Shown piece by piece: positions 49,746 to 62,560 of a DNA stretch of 64,000 nucleotides. The position numbers and the translations under genes were made by a program. This DNA comes from Pristiophorus japonicus. Lineage: Eukaryota. Each line of letters begins with the position of its first letter. Positions within the stretch are counted from its first letter, which is position 1. The stretch spans positions 148,738,001 to 148,802,000 of the forward strand of contig NC_091988.1 in assembly GCF_044704955.1 (NCBI RefSeq), read 5' to 3'. The notes beneath the pieces are model-generated. The model did not search any database, was not told the origin of the DNA, and saw only the letters and a program-made list of their open reading frames with translations.

Positions 49746-50920
49746 TCATCATCATCATAGGCAGTCTCTCGGAATCGAGGAAGACTTGCTTCCACTCCTG
49801 AAGTAAGTTCTTTGGTGGCTGAACAGTCCAATATGAGAGCCACAGACTCTGTCACAGGTGGGGCAGACAGTCGCCGAGGGAAGGGGTGGGTGGGACTGGT
49901 TTGCAGCACGCTCCTTCCACTGCCTGCACTTGACCCCTTCACGCTCTCGCTGTTGAGATTCGAAGTGCTCAATGCCCTCCCGGATGCACTTTCTCCACTT
50001 ATGGCAATCTTTGGCCAGGGATTCCCAGGTGTCAGTGGTGATGTCACACTTTATCAGCGAGGCTTTGAGGGTGTCCTTGAACGCTGCCCACCTTTGGCTC
50101 GTTTGCAGTGAAGGAGCTCCGCATAGAGCACTTGCTTTGGGAGTCTCGTGTCTAGCATGCGAACTATATGGCCTGCCCAGTGAAGCTGATCGAGTGTGGT
50201 CAGTGCTTCAATGCTGGGGATGTTGGCCCGGACAAGGACACTGATGTTGATGCGCCTATCCTCCCAGGGGACTTACAGGATCTTGCAGAGACATCGTTGG
50301 TGATATATCTCTAGCGACTTGGTTCTTCTGTACATCGTCCATGCCTCTGAGCCATATAGGAGGGCGGGTATTATTACAGCTCTGTAGACCATGAACTAGG
50401 TGGTATATTTGAGGGCCTGGTCTTCGAACACTCTGTTCCTCAGGCGGCCGAAGGCGGTGTTGAATCTCCGCATCAATGTCTGCTTTTGTTGATAAGAGGC
50501 TCCCGAGGTATGGGAAATGGTCCACTTTGTCGAGGGCCGCGCCGTGGATTTTAATGACTGGGGGGGCAGTGCTATGCGGCGAGGACAGGCTGGTGGAGGA
50601 CCTTTGCCTTACGGATGTTTAGCGTAAGGCCCGTACTTTCATATGCCTCAGTAAATACATCGACTGTATCCTGGAGTTCAGCTTCAGAATGTGCGCAGAC
50701 GCAGGCGTCGTTCGCGTACTATAGCTCAACGAGAGGTTGGGGTGATCTTGGACCTGGCCTGGAGGTGGTGTAGGTTAAACAGCTTCCCACTGGTTCTGTA
50801 GTTTTGTTCCACTCCAGCGGGGAGCTTGTTAACTGCGAGGTGGAGCATGGCAGCGAGGAAGATTGAGAAGAGGGTTGGAGCGATGACGCAGCCCTGTTTG
50901 TCCCCTGTCCGGACGTGGAT
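49746..50920 (-). mobile_element. RTE 3' portion
   Basis: KQGCVIAPTLFSIFLAAML, DHFPYLGSLLS, (GAT)n tail. Confidence 0.88.
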
Positions 50921-51827
50921 TAACACCAGTAACATGATGAATACTGCTGGATTATCGTTGAACCTAGTTTACTAATATCCTACAGGGAAGGGAACCCGCC
51001 ATCCTTGCCTGATCTGGCTAGTCCCACACAACAGGGTTAACTCAATTTCCTCTGAAGTGACCCACTCCAATGATCTGAGAAAATCATATGTATAAATGTA
51101 GCTACACACCAGCAGATTTTAAAAAAAAAAGTTTCAAAAATACACTCAGGAAGAAACTAGAGATTGAAGGGTTGGGAAAGTCACTTAAAGATGCAAGATC
51201 TGGACCATTAACTATATGTCGTCATCAGCACCAACAGAGAGCTTGAAAAATCGATGTGCTTGTGCCAACACCGCTGAACAAAAGGCACCAAACTTATTTT
51301 ATCCTACAATACCTCAATAGCCCAGAATAGGTTAACTTGGCAGTGGAATTTGTAGTTTCTGTTTCAAGGCTAATGATAGCTGTGCCGAACCTTTTGAGGG
51401 TGCCATTGCAACGTCAAACAGCTAACAGCAGAATTGGCAGCTAAGGAGTGTTTTATGTGAGTAAAATGGGAAATAGATGGTCAGGTTTGTCAGTTAGATG
51501 GATAAAAATCCAGAGATGCCCCTAACTAGTCAGAGAAATTCGACTGTTTTTTGTGGTTAAGATACTTTTGATGGTTTAACAGGTTTATCTCTGCATGCTA
51601 ACAGGTGATCATTACATAGATATTTTTTACATTCCCACTTCTTTGCCACCAATGAAATGGTACGCCTCAAAATCAGAGCTTTTGAAATAATTGCTTTAAC
51701 CACTATAAAAAGCAAGATTGAGGGTTTCAAGTTAACATAACAACATGTAATAATGGCAAGGAGCTAGCTGGTGCGCTCATGGTGGCTCAGCAAGCTTACA
51801 TAATGCGTAGCTGAGCTAAATGAACCA

Positions 51828-52080
51828 AAGGAGGAATTTCTTCTCTGAGGGTTGTAAATCTATGGAATTCTCTGCCCAGAGAGCTGTGGAGGCTGGGTAA
51901 TTGAATATATTTAAGGTGGAGATAGACAGATTTTTGAGTGATAAAGGAATAAAGGGTTATGGGGAGCGGGCAGGGAAGTGGAGCTGAGTCCATGATCAGA
52001 TCAGCCATGATCTTATTAAATGGCGGAGCAGACTCGAGGGGCCAAATGGCCTACTCCTGCTTCTATTTCTTATGTTCTTA
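51828..52080 (+). mobile_element. CR1 3' end
   Basis: NFFSLRVVNLWNSL; 3' UTR like the copies at 44030 and 63100; tttcttatgttctta tail. Confidence 0.85.
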
Positions 52081-53698
52081 ACAAGATTTCAGGTTTGAGC
52101 CTCAGTCTGTACTAAGTTGGTTGATCTCAGCTGGGGTGCCAATAGGGCTTCTACAAATGGCCTCAATGCCCCTAGGTTAGAGAGGTTCCCGCTCTTAACC
52201 AGTATCCAGCAAACCCAGATAGTAGTATGCATTTGTAGACATTGGGTTAGGTGAAGGCATGGTTTGGCCGCTTGTGATGACCCTGCAGCCAAATAAACAA
52301 GCAACACTCACCATTAAGGCTCTGCATATCAATAATGGTACATTGGGTGAGAGACGACAGGATGATGAGTGCCACTGAAGCCATAACCTAGCATGGAAAC
52401 AATACTCCAGCAGAAGAGCATGGGACAAAGATGGTGGAAAAAAATATTTAAAAACAAATTGTTAACAAAATGTATGGAAGGAAGCTTAGATTCCGAGGAT
52501 ACCAGGGTCTGGTTCCTGGGTCTGTTATTTAGCCTAAATGGCCAGTGTTTAAATGTGAGCTTAGACACAGATTGTCCATGGGTAATTTGACTCTATTTGA
52601 TGTCTATTTTGAGTTAGTTCCGATGTTTCATTTGGAATAGGAGGTTTAGCATTAGTGAGTGACAATCAGCTTAAGTTACCAGAGCTTCTCTTTAATTGGT
52701 TAAAGACATCTAAACAGATGCATTGACAAACAACTGACTTTGCAAAAATACAGGCTGTTTTAGCTGGGGCTTAAAAAATATTGCACAGGAAATGCAAGAA
52801 ATTAGAAAGAGCTGGTATTACTGAAAGGAATAAAGGGAAGGTTGGACAAATGCACAATAAATGGAGTAGAACCAAATAGTAACAGGAGGTGATGGAGAGA
52901 AAGTAATACACAGGGTGTAAGGGTTGAAGGGTCATTCACATGCCAGGTATTCACACATTTTTAATTTCCTTGCCAATAAATTCCCCTCCCCTTCTGTCCT
53001 GAAGAATCAATTCATAGCTGGATATAGTTCCACAGGTACCAGGCATCCTCAGGTACCTCACCCTTTCTTGAGGTATGAATCTAGACATTGAGTGTCAGCA
53101 GGCTAGTCAAAGGGGCATGAATTACAGCAGAGTGCAATCATATCCTTGCTGCCATAATCCACACGTGCAAATTTTGTAACAGGACAGCGATCAGGACGTG
53201 GAAACCTTTGCTAGAGTGCAGGAGCATGTCTGCTATTTTGCCCAATTCAGCTGATGTAGGACTTCCCTGCTCTCCACAGCATAGTTAATCACTGGATATG
53301 TTCTAGGAGAGCAGGTAATCACTTTCAACAGGAATCAAGATAGCTTCAAACAAAATTCATTCTGTTGACCTGCTGCAACATGGTGCAGTCCCTCTCTGGT
53401 TGTACAATAGACTTAAAAAAACATAAATTAATAAATTATTTGGAAGGTTGAAACTTGAATAATAAGTGGAATAAACATTGATAATAAATGGATTAAGAAA
53501 TGAGGCATCATAATAATCAGTAGGTCCCATTGTACAGAACAAATGAGAATATATTGCGCCAGAACCATACTGACATCTTGGGAGTTTATAAATCACAGAA
53601 AGGCTCCTAGAATTTCACTGCCCCTTTCCTCAGTAATGGTGATCAGAGGCCTGCTGTTAGTAGCATCAGCAGCAACTAATCACTTGCCACACTTTTAC

Positions 53699-53811
53699 CT
53701 GTGTATATGCACTAAAAACATGGCTCTCCACTTCATCCATAGAATCCATGCCATAGGATACTGTACCCAAATGAAGACGCCTGAACTGCATCTCATTCTT
53801 TGTAAGAGTTC
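53699..53811 (-). CDS. ATP9A: ATP9A coding exon (window exon 2, 113 nt); not in the ORF track
   Basis: CACAG|GA ACT CTT ACA AAG ... ACA CAG|GTAAAA; (G)[37 protein letters not shown]. Completes DKTGTLT in phase with the previous exon. Confidence 0.95.
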
Positions 53812-54110
53812 CTGTGGAGTAGGAGGGGAAGGCCAAGTTAAAGTTATGAGATTTTGAAATTTATGAAAGTGCATTTTAGTTTCTTACATCACATAGTACT
53901 GCCATAATGGGGGACTGTACATTTCAAGTCTTAGATCACATTTCCTCCCCAACCCCCCTATATTTTCTCTCCTCCTCTCGAACATGACACAGGACCAGCA
54001 ATTCGCCCAACTGACTTCATGTGTAGTCGAGGCGGAGTACTGGCAGATTATTTGTCTATTGGAGGGCAACACCATTTAACAGGACCCCGTATTCACTTGA
54101 CCAAAGACAC

Positions 54111-54277
54111 ATTTTGACTTTTGCATCAGTGTAAAACAGGCGATAGCAAATCGGCAGCCCGCTTTATATCTCTCCCAATTTAGTACTTCCAAATGTTTTT
54201 TTTTAATAAATCAGGAGATGTAAAGCAGGCTGCCTAGTCCCCATCACCTGTTTTACGCTGTCTCACAAAGTCAAGAT
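54111..54277. repeat. Fold-back inverted repeat (MITE remnant), arms of about 70 bp
   Basis: attttgactttt..cagtgtaaaacaggcgat..ggcagcccgctttatatctc versus the reverse complement of ggagatgtaaagcaggctgcc..atcacctgttttacgctg..aaagtcaagat. Confidence 0.7.
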
Positions 54278-54955
54278 TGCCCGCAAGCACTTTTCAGCAG
54301 GAGTCATTGGAGAGCAATGAATGGTGGCTGATTATTTACCGCTCCCAAGTACAGGAGCAAAGAGGCCAATTGTTGTTCCCCAATTCCCCTCCCTAATTCA
54401 GGGGTACAGAAACCAACTATAACACAACAATTACTGGCCCAGCTAAGATTATCCAACTCAGCACAGAATGGAATTTGTTAACGAGTGCAATTACCAATTG
54501 GGCCACTAGAGGAGCTATATCCCAGTCTTTAGTAATTACCTGGCTTCCTACCTACAAACTGTACCTTCCAATAATTACAGAAAAAATGTCAAACCAAATA
54601 CATTAAAACTATGCTTACATATTTTAGCATATTGTAATTTTGTTTGCATTGTAATATAAGAGATATATTTAGAAAAAAATATCTTCTTCCATTTCCTCCT
54701 CCACCCTTCCTATTGGCTGACCAGTCAAGCTCTAAAAACAGACTTTCACAAAGTGCTCAACAATTTGTTGGAGACAACACTCCACATTTCACAGACAAAT
54801 TATACCACTGATGAGACCCGAGAGAGATGGAGCCATAGCAAAATATCAAGGCCCCCATTCAAAATAATCTGACTAATTGTGGTTTTGCATAGCTTTTCCA
54901 GAAATTGAATTTTCATAAAATCACATTTTTAAAGGCTTGTGAATAGAGGTCAGAT

Positions 54956-57900
54956 ATCATCATCATGGACAGTCCCTCGGAATCAAGGAAGACATGCTTC
55001 CACTCTTAGCATGAGTTCTTAGGTGGCTGTACAGTCCAATACGAGAACTACAGTCTCTGTCACAGGTGGGTCAGACAGTGGTTGAAGGGAAGGGTGGGCG
55101 GGGAGCCTGGTTTGCCGCACGCTCCTTCTGCTGTATGCGCTTGCTTTCTGCAAGAAGCTCAGCGCCCTCCGGGATGCACTTCCTCCACTTAGGGCGGTCT
55201 TTGGCCAGGGACTCGCAGGTGTCAGTGCACTTTATCAGGGAGGCTTTGAGGGTGTCCTTGTAACGTTTCTGCTGCCCACCTTTGGCTTGTTTGCCGTGGA
55301 CGAGTTCCGAGTAGAACGCTTGCTTTGGGAGTCTCGTGTCTGGCATGCGAACGATGTGGCCTGCCCAGCGGAGCTGATCGAGCGTGGTCAGTGCTTCAAT
55401 GCTGGGATGTTGGCCTGGATGAGGATGCTAATGTTGGTGCGCCTGTCCTCCCAGGGGATTTGTAGGATCTTGCGGCGACATCGTTGATGGTATTTCTCCA
55501 GCGACTTGGTGTCTAATGTGCATGTTCTCTGAGTCATACAGGAGGGCGGGTATTACTACAGCCCTGTAGACCATGAGTTTGGTGGCAGTTTTGAGGGCCT
55601 GGTCTTCAAACACTCTTTTCCTAAGGCAACCGAAGGCTGCACTGGTGGCGGTATTGGATCTTGTCGTCAATGTCTGCTCTGCTCTCGAGGGGGCTCCCGA
55701 GATAAGGGAAATGGTCCACATTGTCCAAGGCCGTGCCGTGGATCTTGATGTCGGGGGGGCAGTGCTATGCGACGAGAACAGGCTGGCGGAGGACCTTTGT
55801 CTTAGGCATGTTTAGCGTAAGGCCCATGCTTTCGTGCGCCTTGGTAAATACGTCGACTATATCCTGGAGTTCAGCCTCTGTGTGCACAGATGCAGGTGTC
55901 GTCCGCGTACTGTAGCTCGACGACAGAGGTTGGAGTGGTCTTGGACCTGGCCTGGAGACGGCAAAGGTTGAACAGCTTCCCACTGGTTCTGTAGTTTAGT
56001 TCCACTCCAGCGGGGAGCTTGTCAACAGTGAGGTGGAGCATGGCAGCGAGGAAGATTGAGAAGAGGGTTAGGGCGATGACGCAGCCCTGTTTGACCCCGG
56101 TCCGGACGTAGATTGGGTCTGTGATGGATCCGATGGCAAGGATCATGGCCTGCATGTTGTCGTAGAGCAGGCGGAGGATGGTGACGTACTTTTGAGGGCA
56201 TCCGAAACGGAGGACGACGCTCCATAGACCCTTGCGGTTGACAGTGTCAAAGGCCTTTGTAAGGTCAAAGAAAGCCATGAATAAGGGCTGGTGCTGTTCC
56301 CTGCATTTTTCCTGCAGCTGTTACGCTGCAAAAAAACATGTCTATTATGCCCTGGAGGGGACGAAATCTGCACTGCGACTCCGGGAGAAGCTCCTCAGCC
56401 ACAGGGAGAAGACGGTTGAGGAGGGCTCGAGCGACGACTTTCCCAGTGGCTGATAGCAGGGAGATTCCTCTGTAGTTGCCGCAGTCGGACTTGTCTCCTT
56501 TTTTAAAGATGGCCACAATCACTGCATCTGAGATCTCCCAGCATTCTCTCCTCACTCCAGATGAGAGAGATGAGCTCGTGTATTCGTGCCAGCAGTGCCT
56601 CGCCCCCATACGTCAGTGCTTCAGCAGGGATTCCATCCGCTCCCATAGCCTTGTTGCTTTTTAGCTGTCTTATGGCTTTTTCTATCTCGTGCAGTGTTGG
56701 GGTCTCATTGAGGTGGTGGCGGGTAGCATGCTGCAGAATGGAGTCGAGAACACTCGAGTCAAAGACAGAGTCTCGATTGAGGAGATCTTCGAAGTGCTCC
56801 TTCCAGCGGGCCCTGACTGCCTTGGTGTCCTTGATGAGCGTTTCCCAGTTCTTGGCCAGCAGTGGGGTGGGGCCTTGGGTGTTTGGACCATAGGTGGCCT
56901 TGACTGCGATGAAGAATCCTCGCACATCATGGTTGTCGGCCAGCTGCTGTATCTCCTATGCTTTCTCTATCCACCATCTGTTCTTTAGGTCCCGGGTTTT
57001 TTGTTGGACCTTAGCCTTTAACCGTCTGTAATGCTGCTTTGCTGCTCCCGAGTTGGATTGCTGTTTAAGGCTCAGAAATTACCTGCGCTTGCGATCTATT
57101 AGCTCTTGGATCTCCTCGTCATTCTCATCAAACCAATCCTGGTGTTTCCTGGTTGAGTGACCAAGTGTCTCTTTGCAGGCATTGTTATGGAGGCCTGGAG
57201 GGCAGACGAAGCAATGTGGACATTCTGTGTTTTGGGGTCATCAAGGCACGCCAGGTTGCTGGGAGGTGCTGACTGTAAAGGGCTCTCTTAGCTGGGTCCT
57301 TAAATGCCCTGGCATTGACTTTTTTGTGACACTGCTTCTGCTGCCCTCTTCGCTTTGGGGCTATGTTGATGTCAATGATGGATCGGATTAGGCGGTGGTC
57401 CGTCCAGCAGTCGTCAGCTCCTGTCATGGCACGGGTGTTGCGCACATCCTTGCGATCCCTGGCTCGGACGATGACATAGTCAAGCAGGTGCCAGTGTTTG
57501 GAGCGAGGGTGTTGCTATGATGCCTTGTATTTGTCCCTCTGGCGGAACAGGGTGTCGGTGATGACAAGTTCCTGCTCTAGTTGTCAGGCGTAGGCTACTG
57601 CTGGAGTTGGCTTTCCCTACCCCATCTCTGCCAATCACGCCTCCCCAGAGGCGTGTGTCCTTGCCGACCCTGGGTTTGAAGTCGCCGAGGAGGATCAGTT
57701 TGTCGCCCGCAGAAATGCAGGTCAGGGATTTTGAGGTTGGAGTAAAAAGCCTCTTTGGCCTCATCTGTTGCATCGATTGTTGGGGCGTAAGCACTGATGA
57801 CTGTGGCGCATTGGTTCCGAGATAGGGTTAGTTGAAGCGTCATGAGGCGTTCGTTAGTCCCGCAGGGGGTCTTTAAGGCGGTCAACCAGCTCGTTTTTGA

Positions 57901-58322
57901 TGGCGAAGCCGACTCCGTGAAGGCGGCGTTCTGCCTCTGGTTTTCCTTTCCAGAAGAAGGTGTAACCTCCAACTTGTTCCTTGAGCTGGCCTTCCCCTGC
58001 CCGCCGGGTCTCGCTTAGGGCGGCGATGTCGATATCAAAGTGTCTCAAGTTCCCAGGTAACTATGGCGGTGCGGCGTTCCGGTCTGTCGCTGTTGGGGTT
58101 GTCCATGAGGGCCCCGACGTTCCAGGTCCCAAACTTCATATTAACAGAGTGGAAGATGCCTGTGTGTGATTTCTTTTAATGTGGGGTGGTCGTTGCACAC
58201 CGGCTACTGCACAGGCTTAGCTGAGCAAGATCTTAGTCCAGTGGCAAGGGGGTCCAAGATGACTAGAGACCAGGCACTGCTGTATGGGCCTAGTTGCCTT
58301 TGGCGAGATGTTGGCCGCAAGT
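54956..58322 (-). mobile_element. RTE-clade LINE, near full length (about 3.4 kb), inactivated
   Basis: 5' leader, FGTWNV, DIAALSETRRAGEGQL, SAYAPT, LGDF, NYRGISLL, FFDLTKAFDTV, QGCVIA, LQYADD; (GAT)n tail; multiple frameshifts. Confidence 0.92.
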
Positions 58323-58540
58323 TCGGCGCTGGGTAGTGCCCTTGGTGATAGGTGGTCCAAGGCTTGGTTGGGGGCAGGCATTGGGGGGGCCAGTGGTGCA
58401 CTGGGGTTCAGAGTGGGAGGTGGCAGGGGTGGGGGTCACAGCCATTGTACTCACCACATGCTGGAGGAGGAGAGGAGACCAGACAGTCAGTGGGGAAGGA
58501 GAGGTCCAGATGCGGGGCGGGGGGTGGAGGCCCAACAGCC

Positions 58541-58827
58541 AGTCGCCGCAGGAGATCCAGCCGGGAGGCCCAGGTCGTGTCGAGTTGCCGCAGGAGGTCC
58601 AGCCGGGAGGCCCAGGTTGTGTCGAGTTGCCGCAGGAGGGCCAGCCAGGAGGCCCAGGTCGTGTCGAGTTGCCGCAGGAGGTCCAGCCGGGAGGCCCAGG
58701 TTGTGTCGAGTTGCCGCAGGAGGGCCAGCCAGGAGGCCCAGGTCGTGTCGAGTTGCCGCAGGAGGGCCAGCCGGGAGGCCCAGGTCGTGTCGAGTTGCCG
58801 CAGGAGGGCCAGCCGGGAGGCCCAGGT
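58541..58827. repeat. 42-bp tandem repeat, about 6.8 copies
   Basis: Unit AGTTGCCGCAGGAGG(G/T)CCAGCC(G/A)GGAGGCCCAGGT(C/T)GTGTCG, starting at 58541, 58583, 58625, 58667, 58709, 58751 and 58793. Confidence 0.95.
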
Positions 58828-60084
58828 AGCATCAAGATTATTAATGGAAGACCCGGAGGCAGCTGTCTGGGCTGGCCTGAGTGTCAATACCTGAACACAA
58901 CAGGTTAGCAGCTGGCAGGTCAAAAAACAGCAATTGCAGGACTTTGTTAAATCAAATCTATAGAAAAAGAAACTCTCCAATCAAACGTTTGACCGACTCC
59001 CCAATCAGCTTTAGGAAACTCTGAAGCACCCACTCTCCAGGAAATTATTCACATGCCAAATGCATTGAAGATCCAGTTGGCTTGGGATTAGGCTAAATAG
59101 ATTCATATCTATCAGTACAGTTTCTACTACATCTTCTTGGGGACACTCAAGGGCAGTCCATCAACAAACTATTTGACTGCTTTACAAGAAGGTGGTATCT
59201 CGGAATCAACAATCGCTCAACCTGCCAGTATCCCAAAACAACAGAATACAGTTATTTCAGAGAGCCTCATCCCTGGTATCATCTTAGTGAACTGTCTTAG
59301 CATCCCTTGCTAATGGAAGACAACCCAAACTGAACAAAATATTCTGACCAAACCAATGATTTGGCGAGGTTTAGCATTACATCTTTACTTTTATACTCTA
59401 TGCCCACTTTATAAAACCTAGCAGCCTATGTGTGAGTGTTTTATTTTTATATACAGCTTTATCAACTTATCCTTCTACTTTTAAAGACTAGTATATCTGA
59501 ATCCCTAAATCTCAGTGTGCCTCCACTCCTGTTAAAGCTTTACCATTCAGTGCATATGTCCTCTCCTGATTTGCCAGCAGAAGATTTGGGAAGGAGCAGA
59601 TTTTTTCCAACTGCACAAGAACTGACCAGAGACTATATCCTCTCAAAAAGGGAAGGCACAGAACACCATATTCCATTTCTCACTCACTCGTTCTCCTAAG
59701 ATCAAAATTAAAGACAGTGATCTATTCTTTCATTCGTTTTCCATGGAGGGCTATAAAAAGAGTCCAGGAACAAAAAGAGAGAAATTCTGCATCTTTAAAA
59801 TAACAAAATTCAAGCCTGCAATAATATTTTGGTCTAGTGCTCACAAACTAAAAACGGTGCCCGAAGGAGGAAGGCAAGAGTGATTTAAAGAACCGCAACA
59901 GAAAAACTTTATTAAATTTCTAACTTCCTCGGGGGATTACTCAGTCATCTGTGTTTATTTTATCTCAGATTTTATGCAAAACGGCTTTATACTTCTTCAG
60001 AGACAGACAGCTTATTATTGGAAAGATGCAAGGGTGCCACAGGGTGCTGTGTTACAACACGAATGCTCAGAATGATTCATAAGT

Positions 60085-60560
60085 CATACAATTTTACAGC
60101 ACATGAGGAGGTCATTTGGCCCATCATGCCGGTGCCGGTTCTCTAAAAGAGCTATCTATTTAATCCCATTCCCCAGATCCTTTTAAATCTGTTTTTCAAA
60201 TATTCATCCACTTTCCTTTTAAAAGCTATTTCGGATTCTGCTTCCCCTACTATTTCTGATATAGCATTCCATATCTTCCCTCTGTAAAACAAATCTTCTA
60301 AACTCCCTTTATTCTTTTGGCAATGATCTTAATGTTATGCCCTTTAGTTGCTGACTCACTGACCAATGAAAATGGAAGTTTTTCCAAGTTTACTTTATCA
60401 AAGCCTCATAATTTTGAACATCATCAATCTTTTCGTAATCGTCTTTGTTCTCATGAAGAACCCCAGCTTTTTGCATCTCTGCTTATAACTAAAGCCTCTT
60501 ATTCTTTGTATCATCTTAGTGAACCTCTTCTGCACCCTCTCCATGGCCTTAAGAACCTTG
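60085..60560 (-). mobile_element. Old CR1 3' fragment
   Basis: ggaggtcatttggcccatcatg terminus and tagtgaacctcttctgcaccctctcc, CR1 3' region in reverse. Confidence 0.65.
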
Positions 60561-60611
60561 AACCTGCCCTCAGATGGATATCCACACGGAATCCCAACAC
60601 ATAACCATTAC

Positions 60612-60754
60612 CTGTCTTGTCTGTTAGTACATAAGAAATTCTCCCAAGCTGCTCTGGAATGGTGCTGGCCCGTACCACTGTGCCGGGAATTTTAGAGTCT
60701 CTCCGAATCATCAAGCTGTAGACCATCTTTCCCATGTCCAGATTGACGCGTATA
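60612..60754 (-). CDS. ATP9A: ATP9A P4-ATPase coding exon (window exon 1, 143 nt), includes DKT of the phosphorylation motif
   Basis: TACAG|T ATA CGC ... GAC AAG ACA G|GTAATG; translates (S)[47 protein letters not shown](G), matching ATP9A as I recall it. Confidence 0.95.
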
Positions 60755-60799
60755 CTGTATGGATCAGAAAAAACAAACATAAATAAGAAAACAGACCTC

Positions 60800-61832
60800 A
60801 ACAGGAAATGATTAGGAAATTGGCTGAGCAGCAGGAGACAGGGATAATGGGCTGGTACTCTAATTGACAGGAGGTGACTAATGGTGTCCCGCAGGGATCT
60901 GTGTCGGGGCCTCAACTATTCACAGAATTTATTAATAACTTAGATGATGTCATAGAAAGTCATATATCAAAATTTGCCGATGACACAAAGATAAGTGCCA
61001 TTGTAGATGGAAGTATAAAATTACAAAGGGATATTGACAGATTAAGTGAATGGACAAAACTGTGGCAAATGGATTTCAATGTAGGATAATGTGAGGTCAT
61101 CCACTGTGGACCTAAAACTGACAGAACAGGGTACTTTCTAAATGGTGAGAGGCTAAAAACAGTGGAGGTCCAAAGAGACTTGGGGGTCCTGGTACATAGA
61201 TCATTAAAATGTCATCAACAGGTACAGAAAATAATCAAAAAGGCTCATGGGATGCTGGACTTTATATCTAGAAGACTAGAATAAGAGGGAGTAGAAGTTA
61301 TATGGCAGCTATTAAAAAAACCCTGGTTAGACCACACCTGGAGGACTGTGAGCAGTTCTGGGTCCCACACCTTCGGCAGGATATATTAGCGTTGGAAGGA
61401 GTGCAGCGTAGGTGAACTAAAATGATATCCGGACTTCAAGGGTTAAGTGATGAGGAGATATTATACAAATTAGGGTTGTATTCCCTAGAATTTAGGTTAA
61501 GGGATGATCTGATGGAAGTTTTCAAGATATTAAGGGGAACAGATAGGGTAGATAGAGGGAAACTATTCCCGCTGGTTGGAGAGTCTAGGACTAGGAGCAT
61601 AGTTTAAAAATTAGAGCCAGACCTTTCAGGAGTGAAATTAGGAAACACTTCACACACAAAGGGTGGTAGAAGTATGGAACTCTCTTCTGCAAACGGCAAT
61701 TGATGCGAGATCAATTGTTAATTTTAAATTGGAGATTGGTAGCTTTCTGTTAACCAAAGTATTAAGGGATATGGCCCAAATGGCGGAACAGGCTCGAGGT
61801 GCTGAATGGCCTACTTCTGTTCCTATGTTCTT
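60800..61832 (+). mobile_element. CR1 RT-to-3' fragment
   Basis: [13 protein letters not shown]...ISKFADDTKI...WQMDFN; WNSL; ttcctatgttctt tail. Confidence 0.88.
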
Positions 61833-62537
61833 AACACATTTACCCATGTAAATGATTAAGTCCTGGCTGAGTGTACTGAACACATGAAGATTTCTTTGGA
61901 TAACTGAATTATGATTTGACCAATTATATTTTGGGCTGCAAATGTAAAGTATTACACGAGTTTCAATACAGAAGTGGTAGAACAATATTTGGCATGGTTT
62001 CCAATTTATAATCAACAGATCTGGTAGAACTAATGTTACTACAAAATGCAAATGGAAGCATTATTTTTCTTTTCTTTTTGTCTCCAATTTTATCCCTTCT
62101 GCTCTTCAAAGGCACGAACATGGTGCACAGTTCAGGTAACTCACCCAAATAGACTTTTATTCGTGTATGAGCCTTGTTCTGGTGAGTGTCAGACAGCTAT
62201 TCAATTCCATGGGGCATTACAACCCAAATAAATTTTCAATAGGGGTTGTTGAATACTGTCAAGCAGCAGAATTCCTGACCATTTCCCCCCACCCCGGCCG
62301 CCTCCCCCTCAATCTGATGTCATTAATGCTAATTACAGCACCTCAAATTTCACCCTTGCAAAGATCAGCTAATTCAACACAGAGCAGGGGGGATTGAACC
62401 TAGGTCCTTTCAGGTCTGTATGGCTCCGCTGGATAAACTCAGTGAGCCATCAGTTGAACCATAGTTTTTGTTCGTTATATAAATCCTACCAGCAAGTCTT
62501 TGCATCCTAAAACATGTTTCTCAGCTGGGATGGGCAG

Positions 62538-62560
62538 GTGTGTGTGTGTGTGTGTGTGTG
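62538..62560. repeat. (TG)n microsatellite
   Basis: gtgtgtg run. Confidence 0.9.

Noticed and set aside
54945-58511. Possible TSD for the long RTE (AGAGGTCAGAT and AGAGGTCCAGAT)
   Set aside because: Imperfect and short enough to be chance; the 5' boundary of the element is not established.
58541-58827. CRISPR-like array
   Set aside because: Units are directly adjacent with no unique spacers, and the context is a eukaryotic intron.
58284-58980. Collagen-like or repeat-protein ORFs (GPPGW, ELPQEGQPGGPG)
   Set aside because: Not a continuous Gly-X-Y pattern; open in most frames because the unit is 42 bp and GC-rich; no splice or start context.
6873-60754. ATP9B as the alternative gene call
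   Set aside because: Diagnostic segments ([45 protein letters not shown]) agree with ATP9A as I recall it; a phylogeny would be decisive.
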